This document shows, piece by piece, positions 40,607 through 53,609 of a DNA stretch of 64,000 nt. The stretch is from Octopus vulgaris (Eukaryota). The stretch covers positions 199,392,001-199,456,000 of the forward strand of contig OX597815.1 in assembly GCA_951406725.2 (NCBI GenBank), read 5' to 3'. Position numbers and translations under genes: made by a program. The notes beneath the pieces are model-generated. The model worked only from the letters and a program-made list of their open reading frames with translations. It had not been told where the DNA came from and did not search any database. Numbering within the stretch: position 1 is the first letter of the stretch; each line of letters begins with the position of its first letter.

Positions 40607-41202
40607 GTATTCCATCGAGTGATTTTGGCCCCAGTTGCCCTACATAACATTTATGTTTTCCCCGGTGGGCACCAACGATCCAATGCGATGCGAAAGATAG
40701 ACACAAGGGGTGGATATTCTCTATCGGAGTATGTCAGTGAGAATGGTCGATTTCTGTGAGATATTTAGTTATTGGAGAGAAACTGACTCACTGACGTTGT
40801 TCCTCTTCCTCTCTTTCCTTCTTTCCTTCTTTTTCGTTCTCTACCTTCTTCTTTCTCTCCTTCTTTCTCTCCTTCTCTCTCTCTCTCTCTCGCCCTCTTT
40901 CTTACTTTCGCTTTGTCTCTTTAGAAATGTAAAAAACGGGGAGGAGGACAAGGTGGACACGTTTTACAATCACACACACACACACACACGTGCACACGTA
41001 CATATATATATATAGATAGACACACACACGCACACAAACGCTAAATAACACTCGCATATAGAAATATTTATACATACGTACGTAAGTGTGCTTGTCTGGT
41101 TCTTTTACGCTTATAATCAGACCATACACCCACGCACACGCACACACACATATACATACATATATATATATTCATATATATATGTATGTATGTATATATA
41201 CA

Positions 41203-41317
<115 letters not shown>

Positions 41318-41336
41318 TTATATATATATTCATATG

Positions 41337-41396
<60 letters not shown>

Positions 41397-41407
41397 GACA
41401 GAGAGAA

Positions 41408-41456
<49 letters not shown>

Positions 41457-41546
41457 GCGACGAGAGACAGAAAAACAGAAACAAAGTGACAAAGGGAGAG
41501 ACAAAAACAGAGTAAAAGAGAGAGAAAGATAGTGAGAGAGAGAAAA

Positions 41547-41583
<37 letters not shown>

Positions 41584-42189
41584 AAGAGAGAGAGAGATGA
41601 CTGCTGGACGAGAAGCGAAGTTGTAACGAGACGCACTTTGACCAAAGCCAGAGATATTCGGGTTATTTGGAAATGAAGAGAAAAATATCCATTGAACTGA
41701 AAACGCGATATTATCTGAAGCATAGAAAGAAGAGGCTGACCGCTGGAAAGATAAAAGGCTGTACGCTGACCTAACCGGGAAATCTTGCTATAGTTACATA
41801 TATAATACGATATTTAGATTGTACGCGGAGATATCGAAAGAAATCGAGATAGGAGATCTAAGTTAATTCAGACACCTCAGCATAGAAACTGTTGAGGATT
41901 AAATCTGCGAGATAATAAAGGATTTAAGGAAAACAGATCTAAGGACAATGTTTTTGGCTTGTTAACTGAACAAAAGCATCAATCCCTCCTCATCCTATAT
42001 AATCGGTGTCTTGAGAAACTAATAACGTCGTTTTACTAGAGAAACAAAACCGAGCGTTATTAGAACGATGAGGATGGTTATAATAATTTCCAGGAATGTG
42101 GAGCAACACAAACTTAAATTGTGCCGATAGGAACTGGTGCCTTTAGTTAGTCCCATTCCAAACAAGTTATCAATATATATATATTCTAT

Positions 42190-42836
42190 TTTACTCTTTT
42201 ACTTGCTGGAGCACCGCCTTTAATCGAGCAACTCGACCCCGGTACTTATTCTTTTGTAAGCTCAGTACTTATTCTATCGGTCTCTTTTGCCGAACCGCTA
42301 TGTAACGGGGACATAAACACACCAGCATCGGTTGTCAAGCAATGCTAGGGGGACAAACACAGACACACAAACACACACACGCATATATATACATATATAC
42401 GACAGGCTTCTTTCAGTTTCCGTCTACCAAATCCCCTCACAAGGCTTCGGTCGGCCCGAGGCTATAGTAGAAGACACTTGCCCAAGGTGCCACGCAGTGG
42501 GACTGAACCCGGAGCCATGTGGTTGGTAAACAAGCTACTTACCACACAGCCACTCCTGCGCCTATATATATATATATCAATACCCAGCAGATATACCCGG
42601 CTTTGCTCGGGAGTAGAATGGCGTAGCTTTTTAGTGTTTTATTTGTTTCGGTCATGTGACTTGCGGCCATGCTGGAGCACTGCCTTTAGTTGAACAAATC
42701 GACTCCCGGATACATTCTTTGTAAGCCTAGCTCTTATTCTATCGGCGTCTTTTGCCGAACCGCTAGATTACGGGGGGCTTAAACACAGCAACATCGGCTG
42801 TCAAGCGATGGTGGGGTTAAAAACTCAGGCACATAT

Positions 42837-42885
<49 letters not shown>

Positions 42886-42963
42886 TATATACGTCAGTCT
42901 TCTTTCAGTTTTTGCGTACGAAATACACTCCTCACATGGCTTTGTTCAGCCTGAGCCTATAGT
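42190..42963 (-). mobile_element. Two SINE A copies
   Basis: Similarity at 42190-42563 and 42630-42963. Confidence 0.85.
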
Positions 42964-42996
42964 ATATATATATGTGTGTGTGTGTGTATCTGTACA

Positions 42997-43027
<31 letters not shown>

Positions 43028-43170
43028 ATATATGTATGTATATATATGTATATATATGTATATATATGTATATATACATATATATGTATATGCAAATATA
43101 TATACATATATACGTATATATATATGTATATACCTATATACGTATATTTATATATACATATATACAGGTG

Positions 43171-43224
<54 letters not shown>

Positions 43225-43865
43225 TATGTATGTATATGTATATAACAGTTCAAAATCAGGCATATAGCAGTTCGTTTGTCATGTCGTTTTGGGAGAGTAG
43301 AAATACATGTATGCCAATAGCACCTATACTGTTTTCATGAAATCTTTTTACTCTTTCCAAAAAACTAACTACTGTACTTTTATTTATCGACAAACTTCTA
43401 AAATGTTGATTAAGGAACTAATTCTGCGATTACTATCATAAAACTAATTTATTAGTCACGAATTCGAAAATATCTGAGTTGATTTTGAAGCAATATACAC
43501 ACTGCAAAATATAATTGTAGTTACCTTGTTCGTTCTATGTTTTGCTGTCTGAATGATTTTTCCGCCAAGAGATGGAGATTGTAGTTTGATAGAAATGATT
43601 AACCTTACCTTAAAGCAACTTTGGTGTTATAACCCCTACAGAACATAGGATTCTAATAACGAAAAATATTGCATTTTCGACCTCGCTGTATCTCATTTAG
43701 CTTCGTTGTAGTCAAGAACACGCAACCGAATTGATTTACCAATATGCGCTCGATAAACAATTACTGTACCAAGACTGAATAAGATCCAAGTCAGCAGAAA
43801 GCACAACACTTCAGTTGTCAGACTCACATGTTCTTCTCAGAATAGCAAAATCAAGGCTAAATATA

Positions 43866-44658
43866 TACTCTTTACTCTCTTTACATTTTTACTTGTTTCA
43901 GTCATTTGACTGCGGCCATGATGGAGCACCGCCTTTAATCGAGTAAATCGACCCCGGGACTTATTCTTTTGCAAGCCCAGTACTTATTCTATCGGTCTCT
44001 TTTGCCGAACCGCTATATGACGGGGACATAAACACACCAGCATCGGTTGTCAAGCAATGCTAGGGAGACAAACACAGACACACAAACGCACATATGCATA
44101 TACAAATATATATACATATATACGACGGGCTTCTTTCAGTTTCCGTCTACCAAATCCACTCACAAGGCATTGGTCGGCCCGGGGCTATAGCAGAAGACAC
44201 TTGCCCAAGATGCCACGCAGTGGGACTGAACCCGGAACCATGTGGTTTGTTATTGAATGAAATTATATGTATGGCGTGGCTGTATGGTAAGAAGCTTGCT
44301 TCCCAATCACATGGTCCAGGGTTCAAACTCATTGCGTTGTACCGTGGGCAAATGTCTTCTGCTATAGCCTCTGGCCGTCCAGAGCCTTGTGTGTGGATTT
44401 GGTAGGCGGAAACTGAAAGAAGCCCTTCGTATATAAATATGTGTGTGTGTGTGTCTTTGTGTCTGCGATTGTCCCCCATCACTGCTTGACAACCGGTGTT
44501 GGTATGTTTACGTCCCCGTAATATAGCGGTTCGGCAAAGAAACCGATAGAATAAATACTAAGCTTGGAAAACAAGTCCTGGGGTCGATTTGTTCGACTAA
44601 AATACTTCAAAGCTGTGCTTCAGCTTGGCCGCAGTCAAATGACTGAAACAAGTAAAAT
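43866..44658. mobile_element. Head-to-head SINE A pair (- 43866-44250; + 44272-44658)
   Basis: Similarity in both orientations. Confidence 0.85.
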
Positions 44659-44851
44659 AATGCAATAATATATTGCCTAATTTAAGTATTTCTCAGAAAA
44701 AAAAAATCAAACAATGCACTGAGGATGTTGCAGCTCTCTATTGTGTGTAGGAAAGATAGCGATAATTATATAAGAACTATACCAGTCTGTTTTAGAGAAT
44801 GAGACATTGGGAAGCTGCGGTGATCATACTTTTCTGCAATGGAAATGTAAC

Positions 44852-44930
44852 GGGTATGTGGCGTAGTGATTAAGAGCGCGGGCTACTAACCCCAAGATTC
44901 CGAGTTCGATTCCAGGCAGCAGTGACCTGA
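44852..44930 (+). mobile_element. Short tRNA-only SINE followed by (TAA)n
   Basis: TGGCGTAGTGA A-box, GGG-CTACTAA-CCC anticodon-like arm, GAGTTCGATTC B-box; poor acceptor stem. Confidence 0.65.
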
Positions 44931-44931
44931 C

Positions 44932-44982
<51 letters not shown>

Positions 44983-45020
44983 TGATGATGATGATGATGA
45001 TGATAATAATAATAATGATG

Positions 45021-45083
<63 letters not shown>

Positions 45084-45134
45084 GCGGTGCCCCAGCATGA
45101 CCACAGGTCGTGAGCTGAAACTAGATAAAATAAA

Positions 45135-45169
<35 letters not shown>

Positions 45170-45267
45170 TGATGATGATGATGATGATAAGGAGGAGGAA
45201 GAAGAAGAAGAAGAAGAAGAAGAAGAAGAAGAAGAAGAAGAAGAAGAAGAAGAAGAAGAAGAAGAAG

Positions 45268-45325
<58 letters not shown>

Positions 45326-45794
45326 TAAAAAGCAACCATACTTTGGGATATGCCGATACACACAGATAGAGAAATTAAGGCCCTACAGACCAGATATAGT
45401 TGTCAGTGATCATGAAGAAAAAAATGCTTTCTAATTGATGTATCAATACCGGCAGATGACAACGTGTCTCTAAAAGAAATGGAGAAACTTTCAAAATACA
45501 AAGACCTGGAAATGGAGGTAACCAGAATGTGGAATCTAAAAACAGATACAATTCCTATCATAGTAGGTGCATTAGGCATGATAAAAAAAAATATTCAAAT
45601 ACATAACAAAGACACCAGGACTTACAAACACATATAACATACAGAAAATTGCATTACTAGGCACTGCACACATCCTACGCAGAACACTTTCCATACAATA
45701 ACCATCAGAGCTTCACAACAAATCACAGCACATACCCAAGGCACACAGAGCTGCGCTCGGTAGTGAAGTGAAAGCACGCTATAAAAAATAAAAC

Positions 45795-45795
<1 letters not shown>
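45326..45795 (+). mobile_element. R4/Dong-clade non-LTR retrotransposon 3' fragment (restriction-like endonuclease), in (TAA)n
   Basis: Frameshifted KATILWDMPIHTDREIKA-RPDIVV..CFLIDVSIPADDNVSLKEMEKLSKYKDLEMEVTRMW..IPIIVGALG..IQKIALLGTAHILRRTLSIQ* (stop 45699-45701); TAA repeats on both sides. Confidence 0.85.
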
Positions 45796-45830
<35 letters not shown>

Positions 45831-45835
<5 letters not shown>

Positions 45836-46410
45836 GCCCTGATGCAGTACCAGGCAATAAATGCCCTGATGCAGTACCAGGCAATGGCTCTCATGGCTTC
45901 TGATCTTAACTGATTGGAAGTGTTATCATGTACATTGTTTTGTCTTGGTATAAAAGATGGGCTACAGCAAATATTCTGCTCAATACACAGATTTGCTTGT
46001 CAGTTGTTTGACCTTAACCAGTTGAGCATGTCCCTTAGTGGCTGACGATATGTGCATCTCTGATCACGAGCAGAGTAGTGGGGAGCATCATAGCCATGTG
46101 TTGAGAGGATTCTTTGGGGTTTGAATAATTCACCTCTGGAAATATGGGTGGTTCTTTCAACATCCTTAAACAACCCTTATTCAGGGACCGTTTGAGCGGA
46201 TGGGCTACTCAACCTGAAGAAAATTTAACTGGGCCCCACCTGCAAGGTCATGTGCTGTTTATCTTGATATGAGATCACCATGTCGCGCACATATGGTTGT
46301 GATGCATGTGCCTGGTGTGCCTTTATCAGACGGGTAGTCATGATGGGTATATGGGCTTCGTATATTTTACCCCAGTGTCACTTTGATGGCATGAACTGCT
46401 CTCTCACTCA
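45831..46410 (+). mobile_element. Non-coding retroelement segment ending CTCTCTCACTC(AAT)n
   Basis: TAA runs on both sides; second truncated copy on minus strand 50331-50538 with the same end and tail. Confidence 0.7.
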
Positions 46411-46431
46411 ATAATAATAATAATAATAATA

Positions 46432-46580
46432 AACTAACATTGAAAAATACCTTAGGAATGAGAACCCAAGTTCGAAATTTCCCCAAGACACCTGATGAAG
46501 GCTGGAGGGTATATCACCCAAAACGTTGTGTTAACAACAAACAAGATGAGGACGAATATCAATCAAAATGTAAATAATGT
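46432..46580 (+). mobile_element. PLE-like short element with decayed hammerhead (46487-46532)
   Basis: GACAC-CUGAUGA-A-GGCUG..CACCC-AAAA-CG-UU|GUGUU; GAAA mutated to AAAA. Confidence 0.55.
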
Positions 46581-47007
46581 AGAATGCATTTACTTCTTCA
46601 TACTAGTGTAAACTGTTACTAAAAAGCTTCTAGTAAACTGATCAACTTGTAAGAAATAGGAGCCAAATCCCTTGAGTGAAAGAGATTATTAGATCACATC
46701 TAATTCGGATCCCATCCGGATTAGATCTTTCATTTCTAAATATGCAAAATTAGAGGATATTCAGAGATGAGATGGTCTTAAATGGAATGCCTTTCATTAT
46801 GAGTTTACTTGATTAGAGTCCAACTAGATCTCAACTACAACAACAACAACAACAACAACAACACAATAACAACAGCGGCATTTTACATCTACGACTTCCA
46901 CCAAAACGAAATACCACTGCGTATTCACTCAACTAACTAGGAGTAGTAGCCAGCATCCCTTAAATCATAATCAAAACGTCTTTAAAATATTAACTAATAC
47001 AAGAGTG

Positions 47008-47774
47008 TGGAGGCGCAGTGGCCCAGTGGTTAAGGCAGCGGACTCGCGGTCGGAGGATCGCGGTATCGATTCCCAAACCGGTGAGCTGGCAGATACGTTA
47101 GCACGTCGGGCGAAATGTTTAACGGTATTTTGTCGGGCGAAATGCTTAGCGATATTTCGTCTGCCGTTACGTTCTGAGTTCAAATTCCGCCGAGGTCGAC
47201 TTTGCCTTTCATCCTTTCGGGGTCGATAAATTAAGTACCAGTTACGCACTGGGGTCGATTTTAATCGACTTAATACCTATGTCTGTCCTTGTTTGTCCCT
47301 TCTATGTTTAGCCCCTTGTGGGTAATAAAGAAATAGGTATTTCGTCTGCCGTTACGTTCTGAGTGCAAATTCCGCCGAGGTCGACTTTGCCTTTCATCCT
47401 TTCGGGATCGATAAATTAAGTACCAGTTACGCACTGGGGTCGATGTAATCGACTTAATACCTATGTCTGTCCGTGTTTGTCCCCTCTATGTTTAGCCCCT
47501 TGTGGGTAATAAAGAAATAAGTATCGATTCCCAAACCAGACGTCGTGTGTGTTTATTGAACGAAAACACCTAAAAGCTCCACGAAGCTCCAGCATGGGGT
47601 GAAGGCGACCCCTGTTGTACTCTTTCGCTACAACTTTCTCTCACTAACTCTTCCTGTTTCTTGAGTAACGCTGCGATGGATTAGCGTCCGTCCTGCTGGG
47701 TGGGAGGGGGGGAACACATACGCCACAGAAACCGGGAAACCGGGCCCATGAGCCTGGCTAGGCTTGAAAAGGGC
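47008..47774 (+). mobile_element. SINE C interrupted at its B-box by SINE B (47080-47520)
   Basis: 17-bp TSD GTATCGATTCCCAAACC at 47063-47079 and 47521-47537. Confidence 0.9.
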
Positions 47775-47810
47775 AACAACAAAAAAATACAAGTGTGTAT
47801 TAAACATATA

Positions 47811-48208
47811 TCTTTATATATATAAGTCAAGTTGTGTGTCTGTCTCCTACGATTTAGATTCCTAACTACTCCCACATTTTGCGGTGCAGTTTAACCAAAA
47901 CCGGGTATCTTATAGTCGTGATTCATATCGAGCCCTTCTGGGTATTAGCGCGCGTCTACGATGAGTCTACGACTTAAAAAAAAAATTACCATCATTTTTT
48001 CCATTTTAATGCATTTTTTTCGCTATTATATAAGGGAAGTAACTCTCTAAAAATGTCTACGATGAGTCAACGATTTTTAAAAAAATTTACCATCAATTTT
48101 TTTCCATTTTTAATGCATTTTTTTGCTATTTTTTGGCTATAACTCTCTAAAAATGCTTATATAGTTATTTCCCTTACAAACCCGAGCAACGCCGGGCGAT
48201 ACTGCTAG
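47811..48208 (+). mobile_element. Non-autonomous Helitron
   Basis: A|TC start, hairpin CCCGAGCAACGCCGGG, CTAG|T end; internal ~100-bp direct duplication. Confidence 0.75.
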
Positions 48209-48759
48209 TATTGCATAAAAAGAAGAAAGCAGAAGGATTATGGCTTGATTGGTGTCGAAAATAGGTTTGCTTTGTAACAGCTGTCCTTGAGCTAACCAAC
48301 AACAGCAACAACAATTTATAACTATCTACGTGTGAATTACTTCACCATCTTATAAGGATTATATTAGCCTTTGGCAACACGTGTAACCGAATTACTGTCA
48401 TATAGCATACGTCATCACCTCTCTGAACTACATGAGGCCACAATCGGTCACGATAAAAAGAGGTCTTTTTTATGCTCATCGTAACTTGTTTTTCAGTAGT
48501 TTTATTTTAATTGCTTGCTTTCACTACACAGTAGAGCACAGCTGTATGCATTATTGGTCAATATAATACTTCATTTTGGTTTAATGTTTCCTTTTGTGTT
48601 GAATGTACTGAAGTCATATTTGTACAATGTATAAATTCTGGGGTTTCATCAACATATTTTTTAAATCATTTCCTTAACAGCTACTATAATACGGATTGCT
48701 TGTTTTCAACCCGTACATTCTAGTTGTCGAAATTTCTTGATTTTTATATTGGGTCAATT

Positions 48760-49157
48760 CTTGTTTCAGTCATTTGACTGTGACCATGCTGGAGCACCGC
48801 CTTTAGTCGAGTAAATCGACCCCAGGACTTATTCTTTGTAAGCCTAGTACTCATTCTATCGGCATCTTTTGCCGAACCGCTAGGTTATGGGGGCATAAAC
48901 ACACCACCATCGGTTGTCAAGCGATGTTGGGGAGACAAACACAAACACACAAACATATACACACACACATACATATATATACATACATATATACGACGGG
49001 CTTCTTTTCAGTTTCCTTCTACCAAATCCACTCACAAGGCTATGGTCGGCCCGAGGCTATAGTAGAAGACACTTGACCAAGGTACCACGCAGTGGGACTG
49101 AACCCGGAACCATGAAGTTCGTAAGCAAGCTACTTACCACACAGCCACTGCTACGCC
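48760..49157 (-). mobile_element. SINE A
   Basis: Similarity. Confidence 0.9.
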
Positions 49158-49159
49158 GA

Positions 49160-50035
49160 TATCGTTGTATTTGTAGATTAACATATCCCAGAATATGTTC
49201 AAAGCCATTGTTCTTCCACTTTCTGTGGAGGAAACCTGTTCTACTGATCAGAGAGGTATTTCCTGTCGACATTCGCTGCTCGGAAGACTGGTCGTGCCGC
49301 GGCTAATGATGCGCAGACATTACACAGTAACATATGCGTTTCCTTGACGATGACCAGGTTAGATCAATGTTTGGCAGATTCAAATTCTTCACAGCTCGCC
49401 TCTTTGTTGCAGTTCTGGATCAAGCATAGGCTGGGATATAGCACTTGGCGCCTGAGGTGTCATCAGATGCTCATAATCCCCCAACAGTCGTACCTTGCAA
49501 TCAGTAGAAAGCTCCACCATGGGGTTCAGTGGGAGATTGGTGGTGGGCAAGAGTGACGATATACACCGGAGACCCTGGGCCTCGATGAGAATTAACTCAG
49601 TGTTCTATTCTGGAGAGGAACCCATGAACAATTTCCAGAAGTATCTTAACTGTCATTGCTAGGCAGAGATAACGTCTACAGATATGAGATAACGTCTACA
49701 GTCGGGCTGACCGAGATGAACGCAGAGCGACAAAACTCTTCCGCACGCACTTGCGTAGGGCCGAAGTATTGCTCACTTGCGAAGTTATGTCGATCACCTG
49801 CTGTCACGTGTAGGACCGATCCAGCTATTAGCTGAGTCTATTGTAAACATCGTTAAGTCACCTTTCCTTGACAGAGAAGGAAAAACAGTGTTTATAAATC
49901 TAGTGGCTGTAGCGAATAATGTTGTGACGGACCAGATTAAAGGTTTAAAGGCAGACACCTTCCGTTTTGGCCAAACCCTCATCATCTTTTCCGAGCTTCA
50001 CTTGAAAAAGTAAGTTAGGATGGGGAAGAATGTAC
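49160..50035 (+). pseudogene. Decayed L1/Tx1-clade ORF2 C-terminal region
   Basis: LFFHFLWR..RGISCRHSLLGRLVVPRLMMRRH; PMNNFQK; decayed zinc knuckle *PR*TQSDKTLPHALA*G (CxxC-x8-H-x4-C spacing) then ORF 49777-50013. Confidence 0.7.
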
Positions 50036-50274
50036 ATAATCAAGGTTAAGTACATAGTTGTGTCCTGGGTGCATTTTCTTCCGTTGCTCCTACCTGTTGT
50101 GATGGTCTTTAGGGTTGGGGATCAATAGTGATACATCACCCAAACCTGTATTTATAGATCCTTTTTAACTACATTCATTGCGGTAACGTTATATTTTCAC
50201 AGGCATTCTTTGAGCTGCTGTTACATTTGGTATGTTAATCTAAAATTTATGAAACCATTATTATTGTTGTTGTC

Positions 50275-50331
<57 letters not shown>

Positions 50332-50534
50332 GAGTGAGAGAGCAGTGCATGACACGGGTAAAATATACGAAGCCCAGTACACCATCATGACTACCCGTCT
50401 GATAAGGGTACACCAGGCACATGCATCACAATTATACGTGTTCGACATAATGATCTCATCTCAAGAGATAAACAGCGCATGACTTTGACGGTGGAGCCCA
50501 GGTAGAATATTTTACAAGTCGGGTAACCCATCCC

Positions 50535-50690
50535 GCTCTGGGACAGGAAGTTCTCAGGAATATAGCCAGCATCCAGTGATTTCCTCCACAGATCAGCAAG
50601 AGGAGGTGCAAGTTGATGTCGACACACCTTTGGGACACGAACAGGTAACCTATCAGATCCTACTGCTGAATTGCGTTTAATTTCTTCTAT
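50535..50690 (-). pseudogene. CR1/L2/Jockey-group LINE fragment, region just before the RT core
   Basis: IEEIKRNSAVGSDRLPVRVPKVCRHQLAPPLADLWRKSLDAGYIPENF resembles K..SA.GPD.IP..LK.C...LA.PL..L...SL..G..P. Confidence 0.8.
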
Positions 50691-52205
50691 CCGGAATATG
50701 AAATTATGCTGGGAAAACCGGAGAGCAAGAGGGAGAACTGAATGAAGTAAAAGAAAAACAGACATACAGACGGCAGACAGTGTGTAACGTGTGACAGTCT
50801 TATCCACTGATGAAACTTTATCCATAAAGATATTTCTTCTCTCTTAGAAACCAAGAATAGTAATAGGGCGTTTAAGTCTAGAAGCCAACGAATGGGCCTC
50901 TACATTCTCGCACGTCATATTCCCTCATGTCACAATTTATTCTCTTATAAAAAGGAATGCCTATTTAAATTACAGACAGGATGGTCACGATTAAAATATC
51001 ATATGCACGGTCAGTACTGCCGTGGGGCTAAACTTATTAAGTTTAAATATGTTTGCGTTCAGAAAATGTGTTCAGTAATCTATTGTGAAGTATTTCCAAT
51101 AATCACCATATTAATTTATTGTAAATGTAATTCATGTGTATACACAATTAGTATTAAATAAAAATTTGTTTCTTTTTTTTTTTATTTAATGGGTAATGGT
51201 TTGGGAGTTATAAAATTTTCTTGTGCTACTTACGATGACATCAATTATAGTCTGGCTGTGCTACTAAATATGACAACAATTTTAGTCTGACTTTAAGATA
51301 AATAGATATTTATGTATTTCTATCAATAATGAGTCGTGACTCCAGGGAAATCTCCTTTCTAAATTTATGATTTATCAAGTAGTCTTGACTGACACATCAA
51401 AATTGCTTTTTCTCTGAAAACTTTGTTGATACTTAATATCCTGATATATATAAATATTTGTTTGCTTCCTAATTGTGCAAAGCGTTGAAAATGTATTTAT
51501 TTATTTGCGAGATACAGTTACCTGGTGCTATCAGAGATATTATTTAAAAATTTCACAACACTTAAAGCCGTACAAAGCTCTAAGCCAGGAAACTATCCGT
51601 CGTTCTTTACACATTAAGTCGCTCACATTTACATTATCAAGCAATAATTCTCAAACAAACAAAAGGTGATTATTATTCAATAAAATACCACCCCATTGTG
51701 TTGTAACAGCGGGATTCTCAAAGCATTGGACAAAGTGCTATACCGTAGATTGGTCTGGCTCTTTATCTTGCGGTTTCAAATTCTACAATTGTCAAATTTG
51801 CCATTCATTTCTCCGTGGTCTATAAATTACCACTCTAGGGCGGTATTTTGGCGAAATTGAGTTCTAGACAAGACACTATCCAGTGTATCGTTCTGTTAAC
51901 TTTTAGAGTGCCTAGGCTGATGTAACAAACAAAATGGTGTCTTGTGAAAAAGGAGGTTAACAGAAAACCATCTTTCTATTCTCTCATTAAGATTCTATGA
52001 CAAGCACTCAGTACTTGTCAAAGAGGTCACCAAGGGTCGTTCGATAATCCGATGGAGCAGAAAGGATAATTGAAAGAAGGAAAATTACAATAAATTATTT
52101 AATTCTTTTCGTTAAACAATCTTTGCGATTAACGGTATGTGCAATATATTTCCCTTGTCCTGCCTTGAGTGTCTCATTTACAATTGACTTGGTGAAAAAC
52201 ATGAC

Positions 52206-52640
52206 CGCAGGAGTGGCTGTGTGGTAAGTAGCTTGCTAACCAACCACATGGTTCCGGGTTCATTCCCACTGCGTGGCATCTTGAGCAAGTGTCTTCTACT
52301 ATAGCCCCGGGCCGACCAATGCCTTGTGAGTGGATTTGGTAGACGGAAACCGAAAGAAGCCTGTCGTATATATGTATATATATATATATATATATGTATA
52401 TGTGTGTGTGAGTGTGTTTGTGTGTCTGTGTTTGTCCCCCTAGCATTGCTTGACAACCGATGCTGGTGTGTTTACGTCCCCGTCACTTAGCGGTTCGGCA
52501 AAAGAGACCGATAGAATAAGTACTGGGCTTATAAAAAAGAATAAGTCCCGAGGTCGATTTGCTCGACTAAAGCGGGTGCTCCAGCATGGCCGCAGTCAAA
52601 ATGACTGAAACAAGTAAAAGAGTAAAAGAGTAAAGAGTAA
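52206..52640 (+). mobile_element. SINE A, full length
   Basis: Similarity. Confidence 0.9.
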
Positions 52641-53101
52641 CTTTAAATCTATTAGCTTGATACCTTCAGTGCTATTAAATGAAATGACGAAATACTTGTA
52701 CAGTAGGAAGCTATAACAGCGGAAGTCGGAAGTCAGTAATTATGATCCGGGATAATGTTAATGAATGGTTGTATGAGGTGAATAAGACGCGCTTTTTTTT
52801 ATTCTTAAATGTAACAAATAATTGCCATGCGTTTAATGCAACCGTATTACGGGTGGGATATCGGGTGTATGGGTTTATGATGGAGCATTAAATTTGTTTT
52901 TGTTACAAAAATAAATAGGGGCTTTGTCTTATGCGAGAGTGGGTCCTGGGTATTAAACAAACTCAAGATGTTGTTATAACATACACTCAATGTTATCAAC
53001 TGGTTGTTGTTATCTAAAAGGCTGTTTCTCAAATTGATTATAATAAACGGCTTTTGCCTTTATGGCTATATTTTGTTTTTTATTACATTCGTTAATATAT
53101 G

Positions 53102-53358
53102 TTTCTTTAAGTTTCTTTATTAGACACACAGGGCTGCACACAGACGGGACAAATTACAAAGTAGAGCTTTTCTTTTGGGGGAGTAAAAAAAGTGGGGTAG
53201 GTTTTCGATCAAAAGGGGTCGTAAAAGGGGAAAAAAAAAACCATCAATAGGGATCGTGTATCACAGAATTGTCATGATGTAAAGTGTAAAGGGGGAAGTA
53301 GATACGGTTTATCTGTAGAAAGAAAAGCCTACGGAAAAGACCACGTTAACTTCGGTCA
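53102..53358 (-). mobile_element. Putative LINE 3' UTR sharing its terminus with the SINE B tail
   Basis: Minus end TTTGTCCCGTCTGTGTGCAGCCCTGTGTGTCTAATAAAGAAA vs SINE B TTTGTCCCCTCTGTGTTTAGCCCCTTGTGGGTAATAAAGAAA; upstream sequence unrelated to SINE B. Confidence 0.6.
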
Positions 53359-53609
53359 GTTGCTGTTTAACACCAGGTCAGTTGTAAAAGAGCTCAGATA
53401 TGAAAATTCTTTCCAGGTTCCTATTCTTCTCACTTAGTGTTTGGGAATATATCATCGAGCGTGTCCTTTTTCCGAAGACGATGAACGTGGCTTTGATCCG
53501 GAGGAGATTTAGTTGTTGTTTCTAGCAAGTCATGCGAACACTAGATGCTATACTCGCTCATTAACGTTTTATCAGATACTATTATTATTTATTGTTCTCA
53601 TAATTGTTT

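Noticed and set aside
44852-44930. Functional tRNA gene (also SINE heads at 16223, 47008, 62178)
   Set aside because: Poor acceptor stems, atypical arms, attached SINE bodies or tails; interpreted as tRNA-derived SINEs.
50806-50835. CTGATGA followed by a hairpin as a hammerhead (also CTGATGA at ~2915)
   Set aside because: No correctly placed GAAA, stem III or cleavage triplet.
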